A stretch of 64,000 nucleotides of DNA from an uncultured Verrucomicrobiae bacterium (GCA_963822005.1 CAWGGD010000044.1:13305-77304), one strand, 5' to 3'. Shown: positions 32,763-43,571, counted from the stretch's first letter. Translations and numbers: made by a program. The notes: generated from the letters alone by a model not told the origin.

Positions 32763-34310
32763 ATGAAAAACGAAGTCACAGACAGCAAGGGCACTGGGCC
32801 GGGCGCGCAGCGCCAGGCCGCACTGCAATCCTTGCAGGCGAAGCCGCTGGACGTTCTGATCATCGGCGGCGGGATCGTTGGCGCCGGCGTCGCCCGGGAC
32901 GCCGCGATGCGCGGGCTGCGGGTTGGGCTGGTCGAGCAGTATGACTTTGCCTTTGGCACCAGCAGCCGTTCGAGCCGGCTGTTGCACGGCGGGCTGCGGT
33001 ACCTGGCGCAGGGCCGCGTCGGCCTGGTCCACGAGGCGAGCGTCGAAAAGAAGGTCATTCACCACATTGCGCCGCACCTGGCGGACCCGTTGCCCTTCAT
33101 CTTTCCCACCTATCGCGGCAACCGGCATTGGGTGCTGTGGCAACTCAAGATCGGCGTGAAGATCTATGACCTGCTCTGCGGCGGGCGCAACCTGGGCAAG
33201 TCCACCTGGCTCAGCCAGGCTGAAGTGCAGCGGCGCGTTCCAGGCCTGAGCGCGACGAACCTCAAGGGGGCGGTGCGGTATTACGACGGCCTGACCAACG
33301 ATGCGCGGCTGACCCTGGACACCTTGCGCTCGGCGGCGGCCAGCGGCGCCAGCGTGCTGAATTACTGCCGGTTCAAGAATGCAACGCGGTCCGAGCTTTG
33401 GGAATGCGAGCTCGAAGACTGCCTCGCGCAGCGGACTTTCTCTGTGCGCGCCCGTGCCGTTGTGAACGCCACCGGTCCGTGGGCGGACGGCCTGCCGCAC
33501 AGCCGCGTCAAGCTGCGCCTCACCAAGGGCATTCACCTCGTGGTCGAGCGTGGCCGGCTGCCGGTGCCCGAAACCGTCGTGATGACCGAAGGCAAACGCA
33601 TCCTCTTCGCCATCCCGTGGGGCGAGCGGACTATCGTGGGCACAACAGACACCGACTACCACGGACCGCTCGACGACGTGCGGGCCGACGCCGCGGACAT
33701 CGCCTACGTGCTGAAAGTTACCAACCAGTGCTTTCCCAATGCCAACCTGACCGCGTCGGATGTTATCAGCGCCTGGGCAGGGCTGCGTCCCTTGGTGGCC
33801 GACCCAAGCGGCAGGCCGTCTGACGTATCGCGCGCGCACGAGATTCACAATCCCGAGCCGGGCTGGTGGGATGTGGCGGGGGGTAAGCTTACCACCTACC
33901 GCTTGATGGGCGAGCAGACGGTAGATCGGATCGTTGCATGGTTAAATAAGTTACAGGGGTTACAAGGGAAATGGGAGCGGTGCCGGACGGCACAGGAGCC
34001 GTTGCTGCCACGCGCCGAGACGGACGGCATGAGCGGCATTCTGCCGCCGGAGTTCAGCCGCCGTGCGGTGGAACATTACATTGTCCACGAATGGGGGGTG
34101 CATTTGGACGACGTCATGCTGCGGCGCACAAGCTGGCATTATTACTTCCGGGATGCCGCCGCCAAAGCCCGGCAGGTCGCCGACTGGATGGGGGAACTGC
34201 TGGGCTGGTCCGGGGAAGCACAACGGGCGGAGCTGGATCGGTATGCCCGAATGACGGGCAGCCCAATGGAAGCTTCCTCTCCCAAAGGCGTTAAGGCAGC
34301 CTCTGCTTAG
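32763..34310 (+). CDS. glpD: FAD-dependent glycerol-3-phosphate dehydrogenase
   Basis: IIGGGIVG, GTSSRSSRLLHGGLRYL, NATGPW, GTTD, AGLRPL, GGKLTTYR. Confidence 0.9.
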   Translation: MKNEVTDSKGTGPGAQRQAALQSLQAKPLDVLIIGGGIVGAGVARDAAMRGLRVGLVEQYDFAFGTSSRSSRLLHGGLRYLAQGRVGLVHEASVEKKVIHHIAPHLADPLPFIFPTYRGNRHWVLWQLKIGVKIYDLLCGGRNLGKSTWLSQAEVQRRVPGLSATNLKGAVRYYDGLTNDARLTLDTLRSAAASGASVLNYCRFKNATRSELWECELEDCLAQRTFSVRARAVVNATGPWADGLPHSRVKLRLTKGIHLVVERGRLPVPETVVMTEGKRILFAIPWGERTIVGTTDTDYHGPLDDVRADAADIAYVLKVTNQCFPNANLTASDVISAWAGLRPLVADPSGRPSDVSRAHEIHNPEPGWWDVAGGKLTTYRLMGEQTVDRIVAWLNKLQGLQGKWERCRTAQEPLLPRAETDGMSGILPPEFSRRAVEHYIVHEWGVHLDDVMLRRTSWHYYFRDAAAKARQVADWMGELLGWSGEAQRAELDRYARMTGSPMEASSPKGVKAASA

Positions 34311-34328
34311 ACGTGACCACTGAATACC

Positions 34329-34450
34329 ACCACAGATGGACACCGATAGACACAGATACGAAGTGTCCTGAAACCTGCCTTCCGACAGGGATCACCCGCG
34401 CACTAGAGTCTGGCCGGAAGAATCTGTGTTTATCTGTGTTCATCTGTGGT
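34329..34450. repeat. Intergenic inverted repeat element
   Basis: ACCACAGATGGACACCGATAGACACAGAT ... ATCTGTGTTTATCTGTGTTCATCTGTGGT. Confidence 0.7.
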
Positions 34451-34475
34451 TCTTCTTTGCACCCATACCCCTCAG

Positions 34476-35855
34476 ATGTCAGCCCCGGCACCCCAAACTG
34501 AAGCTCCCCGCCCGCCCGTCGCCGAGCGCAAGCGGTTTCCGCTGCTGCTTCGGTTTTTCGAGCCGGCGCCGCCGGTCCCGGTGGTGGTGACCGATCCGGA
34601 GCTGACCGAGGTCAAACACCGCTACTGGCAACGGCGGATTATCGTCGCCACCATCATCGGCTACGCGACCTACTACTTTGTCCGCAAGAACCTGAGCATC
34701 GCCATGCCGGTGATGGAGAAGAGCCTGGGTGTCACCAAGGCCGACCTCGGACTGTTCCTGACACTGCATGGGGTGCTGTATGGCGTGTCGAAGTTCGTGA
34801 ACGGCTTCTTCGGCGACCGCTGCCATGTGCGCACGTTCATGGTGACGGGGCTCGTGCTCTCCGCGACTGTTAATGTGTTCTTCGGCCTGAGTTCGGCGGT
34901 GGCGGCGCTGGGCATTTTCTGGATGATCAACGGCTGGTTTCAGGGCATGGGCTTTCCGCCTTGCGCGCGCGCCTTCACTCATTGGGTTCCGCCGCAGGAG
35001 CTGGCGACCAAGATGTCCATCTGGAACGCCTCGACCAACATCGGCGCGGGACTGGTGGTGGTGATCTGCAGTTACCTGCTCAGTTATTACGGCAACTGGC
35101 GGCTTTGCTTCTTTGTGCCGGCAACGCTCGCCTTCCTGTGCGCCGTGTTCCTCTGGTTCGCTCTGCCCGACACACCGCAGTCGGTCGGTCTCCCTGAAGT
35201 CGCGGGCACTCAGGTTAAGACTGCGGCCAGTGACTCCAGCGATTGGAAAGCCGTGGCCGTCAAGTATGTCTTCAGCAATCCCTACATCTGGCTGCTCGCG
35301 GTGGCGAATTTCTTCGTCTATACGATTCGCTATGCCATGCTCGATTGGGGCCCCACGCTGCTCACCCAAGCCAAAGGTCTCAAACTAACCCACGCCGGCT
35401 GGATGGTCGCCGGGTATGAGCTTTCCGGCATGATCGGCGCGCTGATCGGCGGCTGGCTGACCGACCGGCTATTCGGCGGGCGCGGCTTCCGCTCGTGCGT
35501 GTTTTACATGGCCATGGCCGGCGTCTCGGTCCTGCTGTTTTGGAAGGTCGCCGGCCAATCGGCCTGGCTCAACACCCTGCTCCTGTGCGCCTCGGGGTTC
35601 TTCATCTACGGCCCGCAATGCCTCATCAGCATCGCCGCCGCCAATCTCGCCACCAAACGCGCCGCCGCCACCGCCGTCGGTCTGACCGGCTTCTTCGGTT
35701 ACGCCAGCACCACCCTTTCCGGCTGGGGTTTGGGTAAGCTGGTCCAAACCTACGGCTGGGATGCCGCATTCATCGGCATGTTGATCGTCGCCGCCCTCGG
35801 CACCTTCGCCTGCGCCCTCGGGTGGCGGGCGAAGCCGCACGGCTACGGGGATTGA
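34476..35855 (+). CDS. glpT: MFS organophosphate:Pi antiporter (GlpT/UhpC family)
   Basis: YYFVRKN, NGWFQGMG.PP, W..STN.G, RY...DWGP, IYGPQ; follows glpD. Confidence 0.75.
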   Translation: MSAPAPQTEAPRPPVAERKRFPLLLRFFEPAPPVPVVVTDPELTEVKHRYWQRRIIVATIIGYATYYFVRKNLSIAMPVMEKSLGVTKADLGLFLTLHGVLYGVSKFVNGFFGDRCHVRTFMVTGLVLSATVNVFFGLSSAVAALGIFWMINGWFQGMGFPPCARAFTHWVPPQELATKMSIWNASTNIGAGLVVVICSYLLSYYGNWRLCFFVPATLAFLCAVFLWFALPDTPQSVGLPEVAGTQVKTAASDSSDWKAVAVKYVFSNPYIWLLAVANFFVYTIRYAMLDWGPTLLTQAKGLKLTHAGWMVAGYELSGMIGALIGGWLTDRLFGGRGFRSCVFYMAMAGVSVLLFWKVAGQSAWLNTLLLCASGFFIYGPQCLISIAAANLATKRAAATAVGLTGFFGYASTTLSGWGLGKLVQTYGWDAAFIGMLIVAALGTFACALGWRAKPHGYGD

Positions 35856-35964
35856 AGAAGAAGGCAACACCTAACCGAATTCCAGAGAAGCAACAAGGCG
35901 GGTGCTGGCGCGCACACGGTTTTTCCGCCAGAACCCGCCATCTGGTCACACGACCAGAAAGCTG

Positions 35965-37647
35965 CTAGTCGAGTTGAATGGCTCGATAGAACCGCATTGG
36001 CTCCTGCCGGATGGAAGGATCCAGAAAGAAATGGCAGGGGGCCGTGAGAACCAGCTCGCCAAAGGTGGTCCAATCACCGTTCCGGCTCTGCGGGGAGAAT
36101 TGAAGACGGTAGGTGTGGCCCGCGAGTCCGATGAGCTGCACCCGTGCATAGGCCCCCGGCGCCAGTGTGCGCGTGGGGCTAAAGACAACACCGATGGGGC
36201 ATTCCAAACCACCACCCTGGACCGCCGCACCCAGAAATTGGCCGTTGACGCCACTGAAGCGCTTCAGACTGTCAGAACCGTAGTCCGCGACGTAGAGGTT
36301 GCCGTCCGAGCCAAAAGCCAAGTGGAAAGGCTGGCTCAGGTTGTTGGTAACGAAGTCGCCCATGAAGACGCCGGTTTGGCCGCTAAAGCGTTTGATTTGC
36401 TTGGAACCTGAACACGCCACGTAAAGATGGCCGTCGGGGCCGAAGGCCAGCCCAGCCGCCCCGCTCAGGGTGCTTCCCGTTGTGAAGTTGCCAATGTAGC
36501 TGCGGGCCACAGGGTCAAAGCGCTTGACCTGCTGGTTGGCGTAACTGCTGACATAAAGTTTGCCATCAGGCCCGAAAACCATACTAGCCCCGTCGTTCAA
36601 ATCCCCCAGCGGCAAGGCCCACAGGAATCGGCCGTCTTGTCCGGAATAGACGCGGACCTGGTCCTGACCCGTCACCGTGCTGCACGTGGAAACGTAGAGA
36701 TTGCCGTCAGGCCCGAATTGCAGGGCAAAGGGAGCATCCAGACCGCCGCTGTTGGTTGACACGAAATCTCCCAGGAACGCCCCGTTGGTGCCGTTGAAGC
36801 GCTTGATGGAGTCCGTCAAGAAACTGCAGACGTAAAGGTTCCCATCCGGACCAAACGTCAGACCGGTCGGCCCGTCCAGGCCGCTGCCATCCCCACAGAA
36901 GCCCAGGAGATTGCCTGTAGCGGCGTCGAATCGCTCGACGCGATCAGAGTCGAAGCTGGCAATCAACACCTCCTGCCCCCGTGTCTCGATGCGCGAGATG
37001 TCGAGCAGCGGCCGCGGCGCGGTGGACGCGATCGCCCCCACCGCGTCAATGTCCGCCCCCACCGTATTGCCGGTCACATCGTCCAATAAGGGATCATCCC
37101 GGAGCCGGACGAAAGAGAACCGATCGTTGGGACCGAAGCCGAAGGCATCCAGGTCCACGCCGCGGGTGTGGCCCGTGACTTTGCCCACGCTATGCCAGGT
37201 TAGTCCATCACGGCTCACTTCGACGAAGGTGTCCTCAACATCCGGCCCCACTTCGAAGATCCAGAGGTCCGCGTTGGTGGTGCCGCTGCCGGTCAAGACG
37301 TTGTTCGTGAACTGCAGCGTGATCCGGCCGCCGGGACCCAGCGAAACATAAGCGCACGCGGCCTGATTGGGACATGTCACGCCGCCCGCATAGTCCGGCG
37401 GTCCCAGAGCGTTAGCCGCAAGTCGGTGCGGGAACGACGGGTCGCCTCCGGCTGTATAAACCGGTTCATACGCCGTCACCACATCCGCAAAGGAAGTAAT
37501 CCCTTGCGGGAAGTCCACGCAGCCATATTTATTGCAAAATGATTCCGCGTGCGCGGACGAAACCAGCAGCGCGCCCAACAACAAGCCGCTCCGCACTGCG
37601 CGCGAACGAGGCAGCGAATGTAACAAGTGATCTTTCATAGTTTTCAT
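35965..37647 (-). CDS. Secreted beta-propeller (NHL/Vgb-like) protein with C-terminal RFYR domain
   Basis: Signal peptide; repeated FGPDGNLYV units; ends FFLDPSIRQEPMRFYRAIQLD. Confidence 0.8.
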   Translation of the reverse strand: MKTMKDHLLHSLPRSRAVRSGLLLGALLVSSAHAESFCNKYGCVDFPQGITSFADVVTAYEPVYTAGGDPSFPHRLAANALGPPDYAGGVTCPNQAACAYVSLGPGGRITLQFTNNVLTGSGTTNADLWIFEVGPDVEDTFVEVSRDGLTWHSVGKVTGHTRGVDLDAFGFGPNDRFSFVRLRDDPLLDDVTGNTVGADIDAVGAIASTAPRPLLDISRIETRGQEVLIASFDSDRVERFDAATGNLLGFCGDGSGLDGPTGLTFGPDGNLYVCSFLTDSIKRFNGTNGAFLGDFVSTNSGGLDAPFALQFGPDGNLYVSTCSTVTGQDQVRVYSGQDGRFLWALPLGDLNDGASMVFGPDGKLYVSSYANQQVKRFDPVARSYIGNFTTGSTLSGAAGLAFGPDGHLYVACSGSKQIKRFSGQTGVFMGDFVTNNLSQPFHLAFGSDGNLYVADYGSDSLKRFSGVNGQFLGAAVQGGGLECPIGVVFSPTRTLAPGAYARVQLIGLAGHTYRLQFSPQSRNGDWTTFGELVLTAPCHFFLDPSIRQEPMRFYRAIQLD

Positions 37648-38115
37648 CTTTCTGGTGGGATAAACGGAAAAGGGCCTGAAAGGTTACAGGGCCAGCGCAG
37701 GTGAATCTATTTGTGGTTTCCTTCCCCCAGACCGCCACTATGCTGGCGCCATGGACGAGGCACAACTGGATGGCGGGGAAAAGTGTTCGCCGCCTGGCCT
37801 TTTGCCAGCACACCAGGAGGCCATCACCCGGCACGTGCAACCCAGAGCAGTCTGATGCATTTCCCGGTTGGTTCAATGCCAAATTGACCGTGCGCCAACC
37901 TTGCTGATCCACCCGCACCCGGCAAGAGCGGGGCGCACCGGAGGTGGCGTTGGGGTCGGCAACGCTGGTGTTGAAATACAGGATGCAGTTGTTCAGCCTG
38001 CCGCCCATAGCGGAATTGATAGAAGTCTTGTTGTGTTCTTCATAATGATGCGGTCTTCATTAAGGGTAAATGGAAACAAGGCCCGAATGTTACATGAACA
38101 AAAGGGTGTTTGAAT

Positions 38116-38183
38116 GGAGTGCGGACATTCTTGTCCGCCTCTTGCCTCCCTCGCCCGCGTGCGGACAAGAATGTCCGCGCTCC
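38116..38183. repeat. REP doublet between co-oriented genes
   Basis: GGAGTGCGGACATTCTTGTCCGC ... GCGGACAAGAATGTCCGCGCTCC. Confidence 0.75.
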
Positions 38184-38195
38184 GGCGCCGAAGCG

Positions 38196-38933
38196 TTACT
38201 TGCGCGCGTGCTGCTTGAAGAACGCGACAATCTTCTCCGGCGCGTCATCCGGATACTGGTGCCCGCCGTTGTGGACGACAAACTCAACCGGTGCGTTCGT
38301 GGAGTTGATTCTCCTGGCGGCCTCCACGGCGCGTTCCTGGGTCTTGAAGTCCACCACCAGGTCGTTCTTGCCGGCGATGTGCAGGACCGGGCACGGTTTG
38401 GCCTGGCGCAGCAATTGCGCGCCGCCGGCCGCCACCGGGGCGATCGCCGCCAGCGAGTCGCCGCGTGAGCCCCACAGCAAGTAGGTAAACCCGCCGCCGT
38501 TGGAATGGCCGGTGACATAAACCCGGTTGGTGTTGATGTGCCAGTCGCGCCGGGCGGTTTCCAGCATGGCGTCGAAGAACTTGAGGTCCTTGTTGTTCGG
38601 CCCGGGCAGCATCAGCCAGCCGGCGCGGGTTCCGTCCGGATCACGCGGAGTCCTGGTGGGCAAACCCTGCGGATAGACCACGACCGCTTCCGGCCAGAGT
38701 TCATGCAGGCGAAACCTCCGCGCGGCAAAGTTCATCGTCCCGCCGTGACCGTGAAAGCCAAAGATAATGGGCGCCCCATTGGTGGTGGCCGGAAAATGCA
38801 CCAAAGCCCGGCGCGTGGTGCCGTCAATGTTCCATTCCATCGTGGCCAGGCTGGCCGCGCCCGACATCCCGGGCAGGAGTGACTGGAACGCCAGCAGGAT
38901 CAGCCACGCTGAGGCAAACCGGTGAACGCGCAT
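38196..38933 (-). CDS. Secreted alpha/beta-hydrolase esterase (LpqC/PHB-depolymerase-like)
   Basis: FHGHG, GHSNGG nucleophile elbow, G.ND, GGHQYP. Confidence 0.85.
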   Translation of the reverse strand: MRVHRFASAWLILLAFQSLLPGMSGAASLATMEWNIDGTTRRALVHFPATTNGAPIIFGFHGHGGTMNFAARRFRLHELWPEAVVVYPQGLPTRTPRDPDGTRAGWLMLPGPNNKDLKFFDAMLETARRDWHINTNRVYVTGHSNGGGFTYLLWGSRGDSLAAIAPVAAGGAQLLRQAKPCPVLHIAGKNDLVVDFKTQERAVEAARRINSTNAPVEFVVHNGGHQYPDDAPEKIVAFFKQHARK

Positions 38934-39078
38934 GGCGGGTTCATAGCAGAGCTGGGCTATGGTGGGAAGCGCGGGATGCAGCGCTGCAACGCCGGCTTTG
39001 GCGCCTTTGGGCACAAACCAGGAAGTTGACACGCCGCAACCATGCCGTCTAATTAGGGCTGACGCCGCCGCGCGAAGT

Positions 39079-39861
39079 ATGGAAAACAACCAAGCTCGCA
39101 AACCGTTCCCGTGGGCCACGGCCCTAATTGCCGCCGCCGTGGTGATCCTCGCCGCCTTGGCGCTGTTCGCCTACCTCAAGACCATGCGCGGCATTAAGAA
39201 TACCGTGGATAAGGTGATCAGCACGACGCCCGAGATTGCCCGCAACTTTCTCACCGGCAACATCACCCACACCTTCCGCGAGAGCATCCCCCAGATCACC
39301 TCCACGCAGGGCGATGTCCTCGAACTGGCGGTTTACCGCTGCGACGAGACTTTCAAGCGCACGGACGAAAAGTGGGCCGGCTGGGGCTGGGTGTACCTGG
39401 GAACCACCATTGCCGAAGTCCGCGTGCCGGTTTCTTTCCGCTACCACCTGCGCCTCTCGGGTACCTGGCGGCTGGCGGCCCGCGACCAGACCTGCGTCGT
39501 GCTGGCGCCGCCCATCCGCCCCAGCCTGCCGCCCGCAATTCACACGGCCGAAATGGAGCGGCGCGCCGAAAGCGGCTGGGCGCGCTTCGACAAGAACGAA
39601 CAGCTCGAGGTGCTGGAGCGCAGCATGACGCCCACCCTCGAACAACGGGCCGGCGACGCCGCCCACCTGCAGCTCGTCCGCGAGGCCGGCCGCCATTCAG
39701 TCGCCGCCTTCGTCCGGAAGTGGCTGATGCGTGAAGGGCAGTGGCGCAGTGACCGGTTTACCTCGATCGTCGTGCTGTTCCCCGACGAGGCGACCGCCTC
39801 CTCCGACGAAGACCTGCTGCGCTTCCGCCACGAGCCGACCCTGCGGCTAGGGCAGAACTGA
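39079..39861 (+). CDS. Membrane-anchored hypothetical protein (DUF4230-like)
   Basis: N-terminal TM; LELA, LGTT..E.RVPV..RY pattern. Confidence 0.55.
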   Translation: MENNQARKPFPWATALIAAAVVILAALALFAYLKTMRGIKNTVDKVISTTPEIARNFLTGNITHTFRESIPQITSTQGDVLELAVYRCDETFKRTDEKWAGWGWVYLGTTIAEVRVPVSFRYHLRLSGTWRLAARDQTCVVLAPPIRPSLPPAIHTAEMERRAESGWARFDKNEQLEVLERSMTPTLEQRAGDAAHLQLVREAGRHSVAAFVRKWLMREGQWRSDRFTSIVVLFPDEATASSDEDLLRFRHEPTLRLGQN

Positions 39862-39953
39862 GGCGTCCCCGAGACGCATCGGCGGCTTCATCCCATCCGC
39901 CGTGCTACCGAAGAGACTCGGCCAGTCATCGGCATAAGCTGCCTTTCCTCGAC

Positions 39954-41624
39954 TTACCAGTTGTCCAACGCGAGAGGTTTGCCGCCGTCGCGACTGATGG
40001 AAAGGGCTTTGTTCGCGAGAGCTGCCTGTGGTTGACGGAGTGTCAAGTCCATCTCCAGCAGTGCATAGAGCAGGTAGCCCACTCCATCAACCGCTTCGTA
40101 GTACGGCTTGGCCGGATGGCCGCGAAACAGCCCCTGATGATAGAGCCGCGCGATGGCCTCATCGGCGGTCCGGCGCGCCAGCACCAGGCAACGCGCCTCA
40201 CCGGTGAGCAGGTGCATGTGGATGAAGAATGAAATCGTCTGTCCGTAGCTGCCGGCATGGGTGCCCTTGGGAGCGTACTGCTCCGCATAACCACGATACC
40301 AGGAATTGGTCAGGCAGGCGCGCGGCGGCAGATTCGTCTCGATCAGGCGCGCGAAGAGCTTCGCCGTGTCGAGCATCGCGGCGTCGCCGGTCAGTTGCGC
40401 GGCGTAAGCATAAACCTGCGCCGTCGCTAGCGCGTGTTCATAGCCGGCCACGTACGGCTGCCACAAATCCAGGTGCCCGCGCGGCTCATAGACTTGGTAG
40501 TAGTCCTCGGCACGAATTGTCTCCGGAACAACGCGGGATCCTGCCACGGGCGTGCCGTCCAGGTTCAACGATCCCCAGAACTGGCCGGTCTTGGTGTCGT
40601 AGCCGTAGCGCCGGTACGCCCTGAGATAAGCCAGCGCGTCGTCGCGAAACAGGCTCTCGCCAGTCAGCTCGTAGGACTTGAGGAGCGCGTGGCAGTAGAG
40701 CCCGGTGTCGGCGGTGACAAAGTGCGAGCCGTCAAACCGCGCCGAGCCCGCATTGGGGCGGTCGGGAAACAAGCCCGTGTCCGGGTGGCGGCGGTCCCGG
40801 TAGTAACGCGCCAGCAATTTAGCCCGATCCAGCCAGACCGGTTCGTGCGTGCGGGTGTAGAGGAACGCGAAGGCGTAGAGGCAAGCGCCGGCGCTCATGG
40901 CGAAGTCGCACCCGCGCTGGCCGTCGCCGTGGCGATTGACCTCGCCGGTCTGCTTGTCAATGACGTGCCACTGCCAGATGGCCTCGATCTCCCTGCGCAC
41001 CGCCGCCGGGTTCACGGCCCAGAGCTTGTCCCAGGCGATGCAATGGATGGCGTGAATTTCGTGGGGATTGCCGAGGTGGCCGAGCTTCTCGTCGCGAAAC
41101 ACGTCATAATGCCGATGCCAGCCCCACCAGAGCAGGCCCTTCTCATCCGCCAGGTTGGCGAGATACCAGCCGATGTAATGGTCAGCAAACCACGCATACT
41201 GCCGCTGGCCGGTGACCTGCGAGACCGCGTAGAGGGTCTTGAGGGTCGGCTGGTCGGAGAGCAGGTTGGCACCGGCTGGGTTGCGCCGCTCGCGGCGGGT
41301 CACGCGCCACTGTTCATCGAGCGCCGCCGGGTTGGACGGGCATTGACGGGTCTCCACGTCCAGGATGCTTACCAGGATGGGCGCGGTCTTCGGGCCGTAG
41401 CGGTCGGTGCCAGACTCGATCAGGGTGTCGAGGCAGTTCGTGACGTAGAAGAGATAGTTCGTGCGGCTCGGTGAGTCGGCGGCGAATGCTTGCCTGACGG
41501 GCGCGACCACACTGCTGACGAGAAGGGCAAGGATGATCAACCGAGAGCATTCCACGCACCCGCCGGTGTGCTCGGAAGGGTTTTCGGTCAGGGGCCAGAT
41601 CATCTTCCAGAACTTGCGGCGCAC
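39954..41624 (-). CDS. Secreted hypothetical protein, probable (alpha/alpha)-barrel carbohydrate-active enzyme
   Basis: 556-aa ORF downstream of a sulfatase; GTDRYG, LLWWGWHRHYD and NRH motifs; function not assignable. Confidence 0.55.
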   Translation of the reverse strand: MRRKFWKMIWPLTENPSEHTGGCVECSRLIILALLVSSVVAPVRQAFAADSPSRTNYLFYVTNCLDTLIESGTDRYGPKTAPILVSILDVETRQCPSNPAALDEQWRVTRRERRNPAGANLLSDQPTLKTLYAVSQVTGQRQYAWFADHYIGWYLANLADEKGLLWWGWHRHYDVFRDEKLGHLGNPHEIHAIHCIAWDKLWAVNPAAVRREIEAIWQWHVIDKQTGEVNRHGDGQRGCDFAMSAGACLYAFAFLYTRTHEPVWLDRAKLLARYYRDRRHPDTGLFPDRPNAGSARFDGSHFVTADTGLYCHALLKSYELTGESLFRDDALAYLRAYRRYGYDTKTGQFWGSLNLDGTPVAGSRVVPETIRAEDYYQVYEPRGHLDLWQPYVAGYEHALATAQVYAYAAQLTGDAAMLDTAKLFARLIETNLPPRACLTNSWYRGYAEQYAPKGTHAGSYGQTISFFIHMHLLTGEARCLVLARRTADEAIARLYHQGLFRGHPAKPYYEAVDGVGYLLYALLEMDLTLRQPQAALANKALSISRDGGKPLALDNW

Positions 41625-41641
41625 ACTCTTTGGGCCGGCTC

Positions 41642-43108
41642 CTATCTGGGCCGCTGACGGATCGGGTAGCGGTCGAAGATATCGGGGTCGGGGCTGTGCG
41701 GGCGCCGCGGATCATTCATGGCGGTCATCCAGCGGTCCAGTTCGGTCTGCAAACGCGACTGGGCTGACGAGTAGGCGGCAGTGCCGGCGACGTTGGTCAG
41801 TTGGCCGGGGTCTTTTGCCAAGTCATAGAGTTCTTCGGCGGGGCGGCGGCCATAGGCGCGCAGGTAGAATGGGCGGAATGCGGGATCATTCTCATGCGTC
41901 ACCACGGAGGTTTTTGCCGGCCCCTGGTCATTATCCTGGTTCTTCTGCGGATTATCGCCCGCGGGCAAGCGCTCCGGTTTGAAGTTGCGGATGTAGAGGA
42001 ATTGCTCGGTGCGCACTGCGCGCATGGGAAATCCCACCGGCTGGCCGTTTTCGAGGCGGTAGGAATCATGCCGCTCGCGTCCGAAGAAGACATGGTCGCG
42101 GTCCGTCTCGACCCGGCCGCTGCGGTCAGACAAGAGCATGGGCCAGAGGCTGCGCCCGGTCATTTCTTTGGGCCTTGGCACGCCCGCGGCCTCCAGGAAA
42201 GTGGGTGCCAGGTCGGTCAGCCTGACGAAATCGTCAATCACCCGGTTGGGCGGAATCTTCCCCGGCCAAGCGATGACCAGGGGCATGCGGGTGCCCCAGT
42301 CGTAGAGGCTGCACTTGCCGCGGGGGTAAGGCATGCCGTTGTCGCTGGTGACTACGATCAGGGTGTTCGTCCGAGCACTCTTAGTCTCCAGGTCAGCCAA
42401 CAGCACCGCAAGCTGCTGATCGAATCGCTGCACCTCGAATAGGTAATCCGCGAGGTCCCGCCGTATTTCGGGGGTGTCCGGCACGATGGGCGGCACGATG
42501 ATTCTGGCCGGGTCAATGCCGGATGCTATCCCGCTGCCGGCGTCGTAAGGGCGATGCGGATCGCGGCTGCCGACCCAGAAGCAGAAGGGTTTGCCCGGCA
42601 GGCAGCTTCTGCAGGAACGCGCCCAGCGAAGGGAACTGCGGACCGGCGGGATTGCGCTTGCGGCCGCCGGGCCGCCAGTCGCCCGGGTCCCAGCCTTTGC
42701 CGGCGAACCCGATGCATAACCGGCCTGCTCGAGCAGGTCTGGATAGACGGGCAATTTCGCCGGCAGCGTGCTCAAGAGGCTGGCGCCTTCCTCCAGCCGG
42801 CAGAATGCCTGGCCGGTCAATAAGGCGCCGCGCGAGGGCGTGCAGGACGGGGAGGAACAGAAGGCATGAGTGAACCTGACCCCGGATCTCGCCAAGTCAT
42901 CGAAATTGGGCGTCTTGACCGCCGGATCACCCCCGATGCCCGTATGTGCCCAGGACATGTCGTCGGCGATATAAACCAGGATGTTGGGTCTCTGTGCCGT
43001 AGCCGAACTGCCGCTGGCGAGGGCAGCGCCCGGGCGGAATGCACAAACCCCAGCCACCAGCGCGCAGGAGGTACCCAGGAGAGTTTGGCGTGCGTTCACT
43101 GCTCGCAC
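41642..43108 (-). CDS. Sulfatase (sulfamidase-like), compensating frameshifts ~42600-42720
   Basis: PNILVYIADD, SCTPSRGALLTG, SDNG, EELYDL..DP. Confidence 0.88.
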   Translation of the reverse strand: MRAVNARQTLLGTSCALVAGVCAFRPGAALASGSSATAQRPNILVYIADDMSWAHTGIGGDPAVKTPNFDDLARSGVRFTHAFCSSPSCTPSRGALLTGQAFCRLEEGASLLSTLPAKLPVYPDLLEQAGYASGSPAKAGTRATGGPAAASAIPPVRSSLRWARSCRSCLPGKPFCFWVGSRDPHRPYDAGSGIASGIDPARIIVPPIVPDTPEIRRDLADYLFEVQRFDQQLAVLLADLETKSARTNTLIVVTSDNGMPYPRGKCSLYDWGTRMPLVIAWPGKIPPNRVIDDFVRLTDLAPTFLEAAGVPRPKEMTGRSLWPMLLSDRSGRVETDRDHVFFGRERHDSYRLENGQPVGFPMRAVRTEQFLYIRNFKPERLPAGDNPQKNQDNDQGPAKTSVVTHENDPAFRPFYLRAYGRRPAEELYDLAKDPGQLTNVAGTAAYSSAQSRLQTELDRWMTAMNDPRRPHSPDPDIFDRYPIRQRPR

Positions 43109-43240
43109 GGGTTTAGCACAGGTTCAAGTGCGCCGCCAACATCGCCTGGAACAGTTTGCCGTGGCTCGGTATCCCGCCTCAACCACGTAGCGGACGGAGG
43201 GGCACTGGACGGAACCGGATTCACAGCCGAGGGACGCACA

Positions 43241-43567
43241 CTAACTTCGCTTCACTTTGGCTGCTTGAAAATCTGATTCGTCGCCCTGGTGAAAGACAAT
43301 CCGGCCCGTCAACCGGGTGCCTTCCGCTTTGGCCCAGCCGCGTCCAGTCACCTCATCTCCCTCATCAAAGCCGGAGAACGTGAACTCGACCCGTTCCGCA
43401 TCGGCTTCGGACCGCCAATCGAGTTCGGCGTCCACGCAGCCGAAATGCAGTTGTCCGACCCCGCCCTTCTTGAAGGTGAGGTGGCCCGGCGAAACCAGGT
43501 CCACGAAGTCCTGGTCCCACTGCTCCATTTCCACAATCCGCCAGCGACCGACAAGCGAGGTCTTCAT
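43241..43567 (-). CDS. Small hypothetical beta-rich protein
   Basis: GRWRIVEM..WD.D, G.DEGDEV.GRGWA, HQGDES.F pattern; coupled to upstream ORF. Confidence 0.65.
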   Translation of the reverse strand: MKTSLVGRWRIVEMEQWDQDFVDLVSPGHLTFKKGGVGQLHFGCVDAELDWRSEADAERVEFTFSGFDEGDEVTGRGWAKAEGTRLTGRIVFHQGDESDFQAAKVKRS

Positions 43568-43571
43568 GGGC

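Noticed and set aside
31920-34310. 796-aa HAD-GlpD fusion suggested by the ORF track
   Set aside because: The upstream part is an off-frame read-through over the HAD gene; GlpD starts at 32763
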